From the NCBI RefSeq assembly GCF_009914755.1, contig NC_060937.1: 64,000 nt of DNA; one strand, 5' to 3'. Shown here piece after piece: positions 1-17,000 of this stretch. Source of the stretch: the human T2T-CHM13v2.0 reference genome, Homo sapiens. Every line of letters begins with the position of its first letter. The stretch's first letter is position 1. Both the position numbers and the translations under genes were made by a program. A model generated the notes under the pieces. That model searched no databases and was not told the DNA's origin. It was given only the letters and a program-made list of their open reading frames with translations.

Positions 1-3000
1 CATATATTATATGTTGTACATAAAATATGAAAGTACATGAAATATATATTTTATTCTGTATATAAAATATCAAAGTACACCAAATATATATTCTATACTG
101 TACATAAAATATCAAGGTACCCAAACTATACATTACATACTGTACATAAAATATGAAATTACATCAAATATATATTATATTAGGTATATAAAATATGAAA
201 GTACATCAAATATAGATTATATACTGTACATAAAATATCAAAGTACCCAAATATATATCATATACTGTACCTGAAATATCAAATTCACAAACTATATATT
301 ATATACTGTACATAAAATATCAAAGTACCCAAACTATACATTATATACTGTACATAAAAGATGAAATTACATCAAATATATATTATATTAGGTATGTAAA
401 ATATGAAAGTACATCAAATATAGATTATATACTGTACATAAAATACCAAAGTACCCCAAATATGTATTTTATACTGTACATGAAATATCAAAGTTCTCAA
501 ACTATATATTATATACTGCACATAAAATATCAAAGTACCCAAGGTATATATTCCATACTGTACAAAAAATATCAAACTACCCAAAGCATATATTATATGC
601 TGTACATAAAATATGAAAGTACATCAAATATATATTTTATTCTGTACATAAAATATCAAAGTACACCAAATATATATTCTATACTGTACATAAAATATCA
701 AGGTACCCAAACTATACATTACATACTGTACATAAAATATGAAATTACATCAAATATATATTATATTAGGTACATAAAATATGAAAGTACATCAAATATA
801 GATTCTATACTGTACATAAAATATCAAAGTACCCAAATATATATCATATACTGTACATGAAATATCAAAGTACACAAACTATATATTATATACTGTACAT
901 AAAATATCAAAGTACCCAAACTATACATTATATACTGTACATAAAATATGAAATTACATCAAATATATATTATATTAGGTATGTAAAATATGAAAATACA
1001 TCAAATATAGATTATATACTGTACATAAAATAGCAAAGTACCCCAAATATATATTTTATACTCTACATGAAATATCAAAGTTCTCAAACTATATATTATA
1101 TACTGCACATGAAATATCAAAGTACCCAAGGTATATATTCCATACTGTACAAAAAATATCAAAGTACCCAAAGCATATATTATATGCTGTACATAAAATA
1201 TGAAAGTACATCAAATATATATGTTATTCTGTACATAAAATATCAAAGTACAGCAAATATATATTCTATAATGTACATAAAATATCAATGTACCCAAACT
1301 ATACATTACATACTGTACATAAAATATGAAATTACATCAAATATATATTATATTAGGTACATAAAATATGAAAGTACATCAAATATAGTTTCTATACTGT
1401 ACATAAAATATCAAAGTACCCAAATATATATCATATACTGTACATGAAATATCAAAGTTCACAAACTATATATTATATACTGTACATAAAATATCAAAGT
1501 ACCCAAACTATACATTATATACTGTACTTAAAATATGAAATTACATCAAATATATATTTTATTAGGTACGTAAAATATGAAAGTACATCAAATATAGATT
1601 ATATACTGTACATAAAATACCAAAGTACCCCAAATATATATTTTATACTGTACATGAAATATCAAAGTTTTCAAACTATATATTATATACTGCACATAAA
1701 ATATCAAAGTACCCAAGGTAAATATTCCATACTGTACAAAAAATATCGAAGTACCCAAAGCATATATTATATGCTGTACATAAAATATGAAAGTACATGA
1801 AATATATATTTTATTCTCTACATAAAATATCAAAGTACACCAAATATATATTCTATACTGTACATAAAATATCAAGGTACCCAAACTATACATTACATAC
1901 TGTACATAAAATATGAAATTACATCAAATATATATTATATTAGGTACATAAAATATGAAAGTACATCAAATATAGATTCTATACTGTACATAAAATATCA
2001 AAGTACCCAAAAATATATCAGATACTGTACATGAAATATCAAAGTTCACAAACTATATATTATATACTGTACATAAAATAACAAAGTACCCAAACTATAC
2101 ATTATATACTGTACATAAAAGATGAAATTACATCAAATATATATTATATTAGGTATGTAAAATATGAAAGTACATCAAATATAGATTATATACTGTACAT
2201 AATATACCAAAGTACCCCAAATATATATTTTATACTGTACATGAAATATCAAAGTTCTCAAACTATATATTATATACTGCACATAAAATATCAAAGTACC
2301 CAAGGTATATATTCCATACTGTACAAAAAATATCAAAGTACCCAAAGCATATATTATATGCTGTACATAAAATGTGAATGTACATCAAATATATATTTTA
2401 TTCTGTACATAAAATATCAAAGTACACCAAATATATATTCTATACTGTACATAAAATATCAAGGTACCCAAACTATACATTATATACTGTACATAAAATA
2501 TGAAATTACATCAAATATATATTATATTAGGTACATAAAATATGAAAGTACATCAAATATAGATTATATACTGTACATAAAATATCAAAGTACCCAAATA
2601 TATATCATATACTGTACATGAAATATCAAAGTTCACAAACTATATATTATATACTGTACATAAAATATCAAAGTACCCAAACTATACATTATATACTGTA
2701 CATAAAATATGAAATTACATCAAACATATATTATATTAGGTATGTAAAATATGAAAGTACATCAAGTATAGATTATATACTGTACATAAAATACCAAAGT
2801 ACCCCAAATATATATTTTATACTGTACATGAAATATCAAAGTTCTCAAACTATATATTATATACTGCACATAAAATATCAAAGTACCCAAGGTATATATT
2901 CCATACTGTACAAAAAATATCAAAGTACCCAAAGCATATATTATATGCTGTACATAAAATGTGAAAGTACATGAAATATATATTTTATTCTGTATATAAA

Positions 3001-5552
3001 ATATCAAAGTACACCAAATATATATTCTATACTGTACATAAAATATCAAGGTACCCAAACTATACATTACATACTGTACATAAAATATGAAATTACATCA
3101 AATATATATTATATTAGGTACATAAAATATGAAAGTACATCAAATATAGATTCTATACTGTACATAAAATATCAAAGTACCCAAATATATATCATATACT
3201 GTACATGAAATATCAAAGTTCACAAACTATATATTATATACTGTACATAAAATATCAAAGTACCCAAACTATACATTATATACTGTACATAAAATATGAA
3301 ATTACATCAAATATATATTATATTAGGTATGTAAAATATGAAAGTACATCAAATATAGATTATATACTGTACATAAAATACCAAAGTACCCCAAATATAT
3401 ATTTTATACTGTACATGAAATATCAAAGTTCTCAACCTATATATTATATACTGCACATAAAATATCAAAGTACCCAAGGTATATATTCCATACTGTACAA
3501 AAAATATCAAAGTACCCAAAGCATATATTATATGCTGTACATAAAATATGAAAGTACATCAAATATATATTTTATTCTGTACATAAAATATCAAAGTACA
3601 CCAAATATATATTCTATACTGTACATAAAATATCAAGGTACCCAAACTATACATTACATACTGTACATAAAATATGAAATTACATCAAATATGTATTATA
3701 TTAGGTACATAAAATATGAAAGTACATCAAATATAGATTATATACTGTACATAAAATATCAAAGTACCCAAATATATATCATATACAGTACATGAAATAT
3801 CAAAGTTCACAAACTATATATTATATACTGTACATAAAATATCAAAGTATCCAAACTATACATTATATACTGTACATAAAAGATGAAATTACATCAAATA
3901 TATATTATATTAGGTATGTAAAATATGAAAGTACATCAAATATAGATTGTATACTGTACATAAAATACCAACGTACCCCAAATATATATTTTATACTGTA
4001 CATGAAATATCAAACTTCTCAAACTATATATTATATACTGCACATAAAATATCAAAGTACCCAAGCTATATATTCCATACTGTACAAAAAATATCAAAGT
4101 ACCCAAAGCATATATTATATGCTGTACATAAAATATGAAAGTACATGAAATATATATTTTATTCTGTATATAAAATATCAAAGTACACCAAATATATATT
4201 CTATACTGTACATAAAATATCAAGGTACCCAAACTATACATTACATACTGTACATAAAATATGAAATTACATCAAATATATATTATATTAGGTACATAAA
4301 ATATGAAAGTACATCAAATATAGATTCTATACTGTACATAAAATATCAAAGTACCCAAATATATATCATATACTGTACATGAAATATCAAAGTTCACAAA
4401 CTATATATTATATACTGTACATAAAATATCAAAGTACCCAAACTATACATCATATACTGTACATAAAATATGAAATTACATCAAATATATATTATATTAG
4501 GTATGTAAAATATGAAAGTACATCAAATATAGATTATATACTGTACATAAAATACCAAAGTACCGCAAATATATATTTTATTCTCTACATGAAATATCAA
4601 AGTTCTCAAACTATATATTATATACTGCACGTAAAATATCAAAGTACCCAAGGTATATATTCCATACTGTACAAAAAATATCAAAGTACCCAAAGCATAT
4701 ATTATATGCTGTACATAAAATATGAAAGTACATCAAATATATATTTTATTCTGTACATAAAATATCAAAGTACACTAAATATATATTCTATACTGTACAT
4801 AAAATATCAAGGTACCCAAACTATACATTATATACTGAACCTAGAATATGAAATTACATCAAATATACATTATATTAGGTACACAAAATATGAAAGCACA
4901 TCAAATATAGATTATATACTGTACATAAAATATCAAAGTACCCAAATATATATCATATACTGTACATGAAATATCAAAGTTTACAAACTATATATTATAT
5001 ACTGTACATAAAATATCAAAGTATCCTAACTATACATTATATACTGTACATAAAATATGAAATTACATCAAATATATATTATATTAGGTATGTAAAATAT
5101 GAAAGTACATCAAATATAGATTATATACTGTATATAAAATACCAAAGTACCCCAAATATATATTTTATACTGTAAATGAAATATCAAAGTTCTCAAACTA
5201 TATATTATATACTGCACATAAAATATCAAAGTACCCAAGGTATATATTCCATACTGTACAAAAAATATCAAAGTACCCAAAGCATATATTATATGCTGTA
5301 CATAAAATATGAAAGTACATCAAATATATATTTTATTCTCTACATAAAATATCAAAGTACACCAAATATATATTCTATACTGTACATAAAATGTCAAGTT
5401 ACCCAAACTATACATTATATACTGTACATAAAATATGAAATTACATCAAATATATATTATATTAGGTACATAAAATATGAAAGTACATCAAATATAGATT
5501 CTATACTGTACATAAAATATCAAAGTACCCAAATATATATCATATACTGTAC

Positions 5553-8500
5553 ATGAAATATCAAAGTTCACAAACTATATATTATATACTGTACATAAAA
5601 TATCAAAGTACCCATACTATACATTACATACTGTACATAAAATATGAAATTACATCAAATATATATTTTATTAGGTATGTAAAATATGAAAGTACATCAA
5701 ATATAGATTATATACTGTACATAAAATACCAAAGTACCACAAATATATATTTTATACTGTACATGAAATATCAAAGTTCTCAAACTCTATATTATATACT
5801 GCACATAAAATATCAAAGTACCCAAGGTATATATTCCATACTGTACAAAAAATATCAAAGTACCCAAAGCATATATTATATGCTGTACATAAAATATGAA
5901 AGTACATGAAATATATATTTTATTCTATACATAAAATATCAAAGTACACCAAATATATATTCTATACTGTACATAAAATATCAAGGTACCCAAACTATAC
6001 ATTATATACTGTACATAAAATATGAAATTACATCAAATATATATTATATTAGGTACATAAAATATGAAAGTACATCAAATATAGATTCTATACTGTACAT
6101 CAAATATCAAAGTACCCAAATATATATCATATACTGTACATGAAATATCAAAGTTCACAAACTATATATTATATACCGTACATAAAATATCAAAGTACCC
6201 AAACTATACATTATATTCTGTACTTAAAATATGAAATTACATCAAATATATTTTATTAGGTACGTAAAATATGAAAGTACATCAAATATAGATTATATAC
6301 TGTACACAAAATACCAAAGTACCCCAAATATATATTTTATACTGTACATGAAATATCAAAGTTCTCAAACTATATATTATATACTGCACATAAAATATCA
6401 AAGTACACAAGGTATATATTCCATACTGTACAAAAAATATCAAAGTACCCAAAGCATATATTATATGCTGTACCTAAAATATGAAAATACATCAAATATA
6501 TGTTTTATTCTGTAGATAAAATATCAAAGTACACCAAATATATATACTATACTGTACATAAAATATCAAGGTACCCAAACTATACATTATATACTGTACA
6601 TAAAATATGAAATTACATCAAATATATATTATATTAGGTACATAAAATATGAAAGTACATCAAATATAGATTATATACTGTACATAAAATATCAAAGTAC
6701 CCAAATATATATCATATACTGTACATGAAATATCAAAGTTCACAAACTATATATTATATACTGTACATAAAATATCAAAGTACCCAAACTATACATTATA
6801 TACTGTACATAAAATATGAAATTACATCAAATATATATTATATTAGGTATGTAAAATATGAAAGTACATCAAATATAGATTATATACTGTACATAAAATA
6901 CCAAAGTACCCCAAATATATATTTAATACTGTACATGAAATATCAAAGTTCTCAAACTATATATTATATACTGCACATAAAATATCAAAGTACCCAAGGT
7001 ATATATTCCATACTGTACAAAAAATATCAAAGTACCCAAAGCATATATTATATGCTGTACATAAAATATGAAAGTACATCAAATATATATTTTATTCTGT
7101 ACATAAAATATCAAAGTACACCAAATATATATTCTATACTTTACATAAAATATCAAGATACCCAAACTATACATTATATACTGTACATAAAATATGAAAT
7201 TACATCAAATATATATTATATTAGGTACATAAAATATGAAAGTACATCAAATATAGATTATATACTGTACATAAAATATCAAACTACCCAAATATATATC
7301 ATATACTGTACATGAAATATCAAGGTACCCAAACTATACATTATATACTGTACATAAAATATGAAATTACATCAAATATATATTAGATTAGGTATATAAA
7401 ATATGAAATTACATCAAATATATATTATATTAGGTATGTAAAATATGAAAGTAAATCAAATATAGATTATATACTGTACATAAAATACCAAAGTACCCCA
7501 AATATATATTTTATACTGTACATGAAATATCAAAGTTCTCAAACTATATATTATATACTGCAAATAAAATATAAAAGTACCCAAGGTATATATTCCATAC
7601 TGTACAAAAAATATCAAAGTACCCAAAGCATATATTATATGCTGTACAGAAAATATGAAAGTACATCAAATATATATTTTACTCTGTACATAAAATATCA
7701 AAGTACACCAAATATATATTCTATACTGTACATAAAATATCAAGGTACCCAAACTATACATTATATACTGTACATAAAATATGAAATTACATCAAATATA
7801 TATTATATTAGGTACATAAAATATGAAAGTACATCAAATATAGATTATATACTGTACATAAAATATGAAAGTACCCAAATATATATCATATACTGTACAT
7901 GAAATATCAAAGTTCACAAACTATATATTATATACTGTACATAAAATATCAAAGTACCCAAACTATACATTATATACTGTACATAAAATATGAAATTACA
8001 TCAAATATATATTTTATTAGGTATGTAAAATATGAAAGTACATCAAATATAGATTATATACTGTACATAAAATACCAAAGTACCCCAAAAATATATTTTA
8101 TACTGTACATGAAATATCAAAGTTCTCAAACTATATATTATATACTGCACATAAAATATCAAAGTACCCAAGCTATATATTCCATACTGTACAAAAAATA
8201 TCAAAGTACCCAAAGCATATATTATATGCTGTACATAAAATATGAAAGGACATCAAATATATATTTTATTCTGTACATAAAATATCAAAGTGCACCAAAT
8301 ATATATTCTATACTGTACATAAAATATCAAGGTACCAAAACTATACATTATATACTGTACATAAAATATGAAATTACATCAAATATATATTATATTAGGT
8401 ACATAAAATATGAAAGTACATCAAATATAGATTATATACTGTACATAAAATATCAAAGTACCCAAATATATATCATATACTGTACATGAAATATCAAAGT

Positions 8501-11500
8501 TCACAAACTATATATTATATACTGTACATAAAATATCAAAGTACCCAAAGTATACATTATATACTGTACATAAAATATGAAATTACATCAAATATATATT
8601 ATATTAGGTATGTAAAATATGAAAGTACATCAAATATAGATTATATACTGTACATAAAATACCAAAGAACCCCAAATATATATTTTATACTGTACATGAA
8701 ATATCAAAGTTCTCAAAATTTATATTATATACTGCACATAAAATATCAAAGTACCCAAGGTATATATTCCATACTGTACAAAAAATATCAAAGTACCCAA
8801 AGCATATATTATATGCTGTACATAAAATATGAAAGTACATCAAATACATATTTCATTCTGTACATAAAATATCAAAGTACACCAAATATATATTCTATAC
8901 TGTACATAAAATAACAAGGTACCCAAACTATACATTATATACTGTACATAAAATATGAAATTACATCAAATATATATTATATTAGGTACATAAAATATGA
9001 AAGTACATCAAATATAGATTATATACTGTACATAAAATATCAAAGTACCCAAATATATATCATATACTGTACATGAAATATCAAAGTTCACAAACTATAT
9101 ATTATATACTGTACATAAAATATCAAAGTACCCAAACTATACATTACATACGGTACATAAAATATGAAATTACATCAAATATATATTTTATTAGGTATGT
9201 AAAATATGAAAGTACATCAAATATAGATTATATACTGTACATAAAATACCAAAGTACCACAAATATATATTTTATACTGTACATGAAATATCAAAGTTCT
9301 CAAACTCTATATTATATACTGCACATAAAATATCAAAGTACCCAAGGTATATATTCCATACTGTACAAAAAATATCAAAGTACCCAAAGCATATATTATA
9401 TGCTGTACATAAAATATGAAAGTACATGAAATATATATTTTATTCTATACATAAAATATCAAAGTACACCAAATATATATTCTATACTGTACATAAAATA
9501 TCAAGGTACCCAAACTATACATTATATACTGTACATAAAATATGAAATTACATCAAATATATATTATATTAGGTACATAAAATATAAAAGTACATCAAAT
9601 ATAGATTCTATACTGTACATAAAATATCAAAGTACCCAAATATATATCATATACTGTACATGAAATATCAAAGTTCACAAACTATATATTATATACCGTA
9701 CATAAAATATCAAAGTACCCAAACTATACATTATATTCTGTACTTAAAATATGAAATTACATCAAATATATTTTATTAGGTACGTAAAATATGAAAGTAC
9801 ATCAAATATAGATTATATACTGTACACAAAATACCAAAGTACCCCAAATATATATTTTATACTGTACATGAAATATCAAAGTTCTCAAACTATATATTAC
9901 ATACTGCCCATAAAATACCAAAGTACCCAAGGTATATATTCCATACTGTACAAAAAATATCAAAGTACCCAAAGCATATATTATATGCTGTACCTAAAAT
10001 ATGAAAATACATCAAATATATGTTTTATTCTGTAGATAAAATATCAAAGTACACCAAATATATATTCTATACTGTACATAAAATATCAAGGTACCCAAAC
10101 TATACATTATATACTGTACATAAAATATGAAATTACATCAAATATATATTATATTAGGTACATAAAATATGAAAGTACATCAAATATAGATTATATACTG
10201 TACATAAAATATCAAAGTACCCAAATATATATCATATACTGTACATGAAATATCAAAGTTCACAAACTATATATTATATACTGTACATAAAATATCAAAG
10301 TACCCAAACTATACATTATATACTGTACATAAAATATGAAATTACATCAAATATATATTATATTAGGTATGTAAAATATGAAAGTACATCAAATATAGAT
10401 TATATACTGTACATAAAATACCAAAGTACCCCAAATATATATTTAATACTGTACATGAAATATCAAAGTTCTCAAACTATATATTATATACTGCACATAA
10501 AATATCAAAGTACCCAAGGTATATATTCCATACTGTACAAAAAATATCAAAGTACCCAAAGCATATATTATATGCTGTACATAAAATATGAAAGTACATC
10601 AAATATATATTTTATTCTGTACATAAAATATCAAAGTACACCAAATATATATTCTATACTTTACATAAAATATCAAGGTACCCAAACTATACATTATATA
10701 CTGTACATAAAATATGAAATTACATCAAATATATATTATATTAGGTACATAAAATATGAAAGTACATCAAATATAGATTATATACTGTACATAAAATATC
10801 AAACTACCCAAATATATATCATATACTGTACATGAAATATCAAGGTACCCAAACTGTACATTATATACTGTACATAAAATATGAAATTACATCAAATATA
10901 TATTAGATTAGGTATATAAAATATGAAATTACATCAAATATATATTATATTAGGTATGTAAAATATGAAAGTAAATCAAATATAGATTATATACTGTACA
11001 TAAAATACCAAAGTACCCCAAATATATATTTTATACTGTACATGAAATATCAAAGTTCTCAAACTATATATTATATACTGCAAATAAAATATCAAAGTAC
11101 CCAAGGTATATATTCCATACTGTACAAAAAATATCAAAGTACCCAAAGCATGTATTATATGCTGTACAGAAAATATGAAAGTACATCAAATATATATTTT
11201 ACTCTGTACATAAAATATCAAAGTACACCAAATATATATTCTATAATGTACATAAAATATCAAGGTACCCAAACTATACATTATATACTGTACATAAAAT
11301 ATGAAATTACATCAAATATATATTATATTAGGTACATAAAATATGAAAGTACATCAAATATAGATTATATACTGTACATAAAATATCAAAGTACCCTAAT
11401 ATATATCATATACTGTACATGAAATATCAAAGTTCACAAACTATATATTATATACTGTACATAAAATATCAAAGTACCCAAACTATACATTATATACTGT

Positions 11501-14000
11501 ACATAAAATATGAAATTACATCAAATATATATTTTATTAGGTATGTAAAATATGAAAGTACATCAAATATAGATTATATACTGTACATAAAATACCAAAG
11601 TACCCCAAAAATATATTTTATACTGTACATGAAATATCGAAGTTCTCAAACTCTATATTATATACTGCACATAAAATATCAAAGTACCCAAGCTATATAT
11701 TCCATACTGTACAAAAAATATCAAAGTACCCAAAGCATATATTATATGCTGTACATAAAATATGAAAGTACATCAAATATATATTTTATTCTGTACATAA
11801 AATATCAAAGTGCACCAAATATATATTCTATACTGTACATAAAATATCAAGGTACCCAAACTATACATTATATACTGTACATAAAATATGAAATTACATC
11901 AAATATATATTATATTAGGTACATAAAATATGAAAGTACATCAAATATAGATTCTATACTGTACATAAAATATCAAAGTACCCAAATATATATCATATAC
12001 TGTACATGAAATATCAAAGTTCACAAACAATATATTATATACTGTACATAAAATATCAAAGTACCCAAACTATACATTATATTCTGTACTTAAAATATGA
12101 AATTACATCAAATATATTTTATTAGGTACGTAAAATATGAAAGTACATCAAATATAGATTATATACTGTACACAAAATACCAAAGTACCCCAAATATATA
12201 TTTTATACAGTACATGAAATATCAAAGTTCTCAAACTATATATTACATACTGCACATAAAATATCAAAGTACCCAAGGTATATATTCCATACTGTACAAA
12301 AAATATCAAAGTACCCAAAGCATATATTATATGCTGTACCTAAAATATGAAAATACATCAAATATATGTTTTATTCTGTAGATAAAATATCAAAGTACAC
12401 CAAATATATATTCTATACTGTACATAAAATATCAAGGTACCCAAACTATACATTATATACTGTACATAAAATATGAAATTACATCAAATATATATTATAT
12501 TAGGTACATAAAATATGAAACTACATCAAATATAGATTATATACTGTACATAAAATATCAAAGTACCCAAATATATATCATATACTGTACATGAAATATC
12601 AAAGTTCACAAACTATATATTATATACTGTACATAAAATATCAAAGTATCCAAACTATACATTATATACTGTACATAAAATATGAAATTACATCAAATAT
12701 ATATTATATTAGGTATGTAAAATATGAAAGTACATCAAATATAGATTATATACTGTACATAAAATACCAAAGTACCCCAAATATATATTTAATACTGTAC
12801 ATGAAATATCAAAGTTCTCAAACTATATATTATATACTGCACATAAAATATCAAAGTACCCAAGGTATATATTCCATACTGTACAAAAAATATCAAAGTA
12901 CCCAAAGCATATATTATATGCTGTACATAAAATATGAAAGTACATCAAATATATATTTTATTCTGTACATAAAATATCAAAGTACACCAAATATATATTC
13001 TATACGTTACATAAAATATCAAGGTACCCAAACTATACATTATATACTGTACATAAAATATGAAATTACATCAAATATATATTATATTAGGTACATAAAA
13101 TATGAAAGTACATCAAATATAGATTATATACTGTACATAAAATATCAAACTACCCAAATATATATCATATACTATACGTGAAATATCAAGGTACCCAAAC
13201 TATACATTATATACTGTACATAAAATATGAAATTACATCAAATATATATTAGATTAGGTATATAAAATATGAAATTACATCAAATATATATTATATTAGG
13301 TATGTAAAATATGAAAGTAAATCAAATATAGATTATATACTGTACATAAAATACCAAAGTACCCCAAATATATATTTTATACTGTACATGAAATATCAAA
13401 GTTCTCAAACTATATATTATATACTGCAAATAAAATATCAAAGTACCCAAGGTATATATTCCATACTGTACAAAAAATATCAAAGTACCCAAAGCATATA
13501 TTATATGCTGTACAGAAAATATGAAAGTACATCAAATATATATTTTACTCTGTACATAAAATATCAAAGTACACCAAATATATATTCTATACTGTACATA
13601 AAATATCAAGGTAACCAAACTATACATTATATACTGTACATAAAATATGAAATTATATCAAATATATATTATATTAGGTACATAAAATATGAAAGTACAT
13701 CAAATATAGATTATATACTGTACATAAAATATCAAAGTACCCAAATATATATCATATACTGTACATGAAATATCAAAGTTCACAAACTATATATTATATA
13801 CTGTACATAAAATATCAAAGTACCCAAACTATACATTATATACTGTACATAAAATATGAAATTACATCAAATATATATTTTATTAGGTATGTAAAATATG
13901 AAAGTACATCAAATATAGATTATATACTGTACATAAAATACCAAAGTACCCCAAAAATATATTTTATACTGTACATGAAATATCAAAGTTCTCAAACTAT
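5553..14000. repeat. Nested tandem duplications of HOR blocks (3,520-bp then 2,346-bp spacing)
   Basis: Near-identical variant-bearing ORFs occur at 6231/9751/12097, 6725/10245/12591, 7522/11042/13388 and 5553/9073. 3520=6x587-2 and 2346=4x587-2, with a shared 2-bp deletion. Confidence 0.9.
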
Positions 14001-17000
14001 ATATTATATAGTGCACATAAAATATCAAAGTACCCAAGGTATATATTCCATACTGTACAAAAAATATCAAAGTACCCAAAGCATATATTATATGCTGTAC
14101 TTAAAATATGAAAGTACATGAAATATGTATTTTATTCTCTACATAAAATATCAAAGTACACCAAATATATATTCTATACTGTACATAAAATATCAAGGTA
14201 CCCAAACTATACATTATATACTGTACATAAAATATGAAATTACATCAAATATATATTATATTAGGTACATAAAATATGAAAGTACATCAAATATAGATTA
14301 TATACTGTACATAAAATATCAAAGTACCCAAATATATACCATATACTGTACATGAAATATCAAAGTTCACAAACTATATATTATATACTGTACATAAAAT
14401 ATCAAAGTACCCAAACTATACATTATATACTGTACATAAAATATGAAATTACATCAAATACATATTTTATTAGGTATGTAAAATATGAAAGTACATCAAA
14501 TATAGATTATATACTGTACATAAAATACCAAAGTACCCCAAATATATATTTTATACTGTACATGAAATATCAAAGTTCTCAAACTATATATTATATAGTG
14601 CACATAAAATATCAAAGTACCCAAGGTATATATTCCATACTGTACAAAAATTATCAAAGTACCCAAAGCATATATTATATGCTGTACATAAAATATGAAA
14701 GTATATCAAATATATATTTTATTCTGTACATAAAATATCAAAGTACACCAAATATATATTCTATACTGTACATAAAATATCAATGTACCCAAACTATACA
14801 TTATATACTGTACATAAGATATGAAATTACATCAAATATATATTATATTAGGTACATAAAATATGAAAGTACTTCAAATATAGCTTATATACTGTACATA
14901 AAATATCAAAGTACCCAAATATATATCATATACTGTACATGAAATATCAAAGTTCACAAACTATATATTATATACTGTACATAAAATATCAAAGTACCCG
15001 AACTATACATTATATACTGTACATAAAATATGAAATTACATCAAATATATATTTTATTAGGTATGTAAAATATGAAAGTACATCAAATATAGATTATATA
15101 CTGTACATAAAATACCAAAGTACCCCAAATATATATTATATACTGTACATGAAATATCAAAGTTCTCAAGCTATATATTATATACTGCACATAAAATATC
15201 AAAGTACCCAAGCTATATATTCCATACTGTACAAAAAATATCAAAGTACCCAAAGCATATATTATATGCTGTACATAAAATATGAAAGTACATCAAATAT
15301 AGATTATATACTGTACATAAAATATCAAAGTACACCAAATATATATTCTATACTGTACATAAAATATCAAGGTACCCAAACTATACATTATATACTGTAC
15401 ATAAGATATGAAATTACATCAAATATATATTATATTAGGTACATAAAATATGAAAGTACATCAAATATAGATTATATACTGAACATAAAAGCTCAAAGTA
15501 CCCAAATATATATCATATACTGTACATGAAATATCAAAGTTCACAAACTATATATTATATACTGTACATAAAATATCAAAGTACCCAAACTATACATTAT
15601 ATACTGTACATAAAATATGAAATTACATCAAATATATATTTTATTAGGTATGTAAAATATGAAAGTACATCAAATATAGATTATATACTGTACATAAAAT
15701 ACCAAAGTACCACAAATATATATTTTATACTGTACATGAAATATCAAAGTTCTCAAACTATATATTATATACTGCACATAAAATATCAAAGTACCCAAGG
15801 TATATATTCCATACTGTACAAAAAATATCAAAGTACCCAAAGCATATATTATATGCTTTACATAAAATATGAAAGTACATGAAATATATATTTTATTCTC
15901 TACATAAAATATCAAAGTACACCAAATATATATTCTATACTGTATATAAAATATCAAGGTACCCAAACTATACATTATATACTGTACATAAAATATGAAA
16001 TTACATCAAATATATATTATATTAGGTACATAAAATATGAAAGTACATCAAATATAGATTATATACTGTATATAAAATATCAAAGTACCCAAATATATAC
16101 CATATACTGTACATGAAATATCAAAGTTCACAAACTATATATTATATACTGTACATAAAATATCAAAGTACCCAAACTATACATTATATACTGTACATAA
16201 AATATGAAATTACATCAAATATATATTTTATTAGGTATGTAAAATATGAAAGTACATCAAATATAGATTATATACTGTACATAAAATACCAAAGTACCCC
16301 AAATATATATTTTATACTGTACATGAAATATCAAAGTTCTCAAACTATATATTATATAGTGCACATAAAATATCAAAGTACCCAAGGTATATATTCCATA
16401 CTGTACAAAAAATATCAAAGTACCCAAAGCATATATTATATGCTGTACATAAAATATGAAAGTACATCAAATATAGATTATATACTGTACATAAAATATC
16501 AAAGTACACCAAATATATATTCTATACTGTACATAAAATATCAAGGTACCCAAACTATACATTATATACTGTACATAAGATATGAAATTACATCAAATAT
16601 ATATTATATTAGGTACATAAAATATGAAAGTACATCAAATATAGATTATATACTGTACATAAAATATCAAAGTACCCAAATATATATCATCTACTGTACA
16701 TGAAATATCAAAGTTCACAAACTATATATTATATACTGTACATAAAATATCAAAGTACCCAAACTATACATTATATACTGTACATAAAATATGAAATTAC
16801 ATCAAATATATATTTTATTAGGTATGTAAAATATGAAAGTACATCAAATATAGATTATATACTGTACATAAAATACCAAACTACCCCAAATATATATTTT
16901 ATACTGTACATGAAATATCAAAGTTCTCAAACTATATATTATATACTGCACATAAAATATCAAAGTACCCAAGGTATATATTCCATACTGTACAAAAAAT

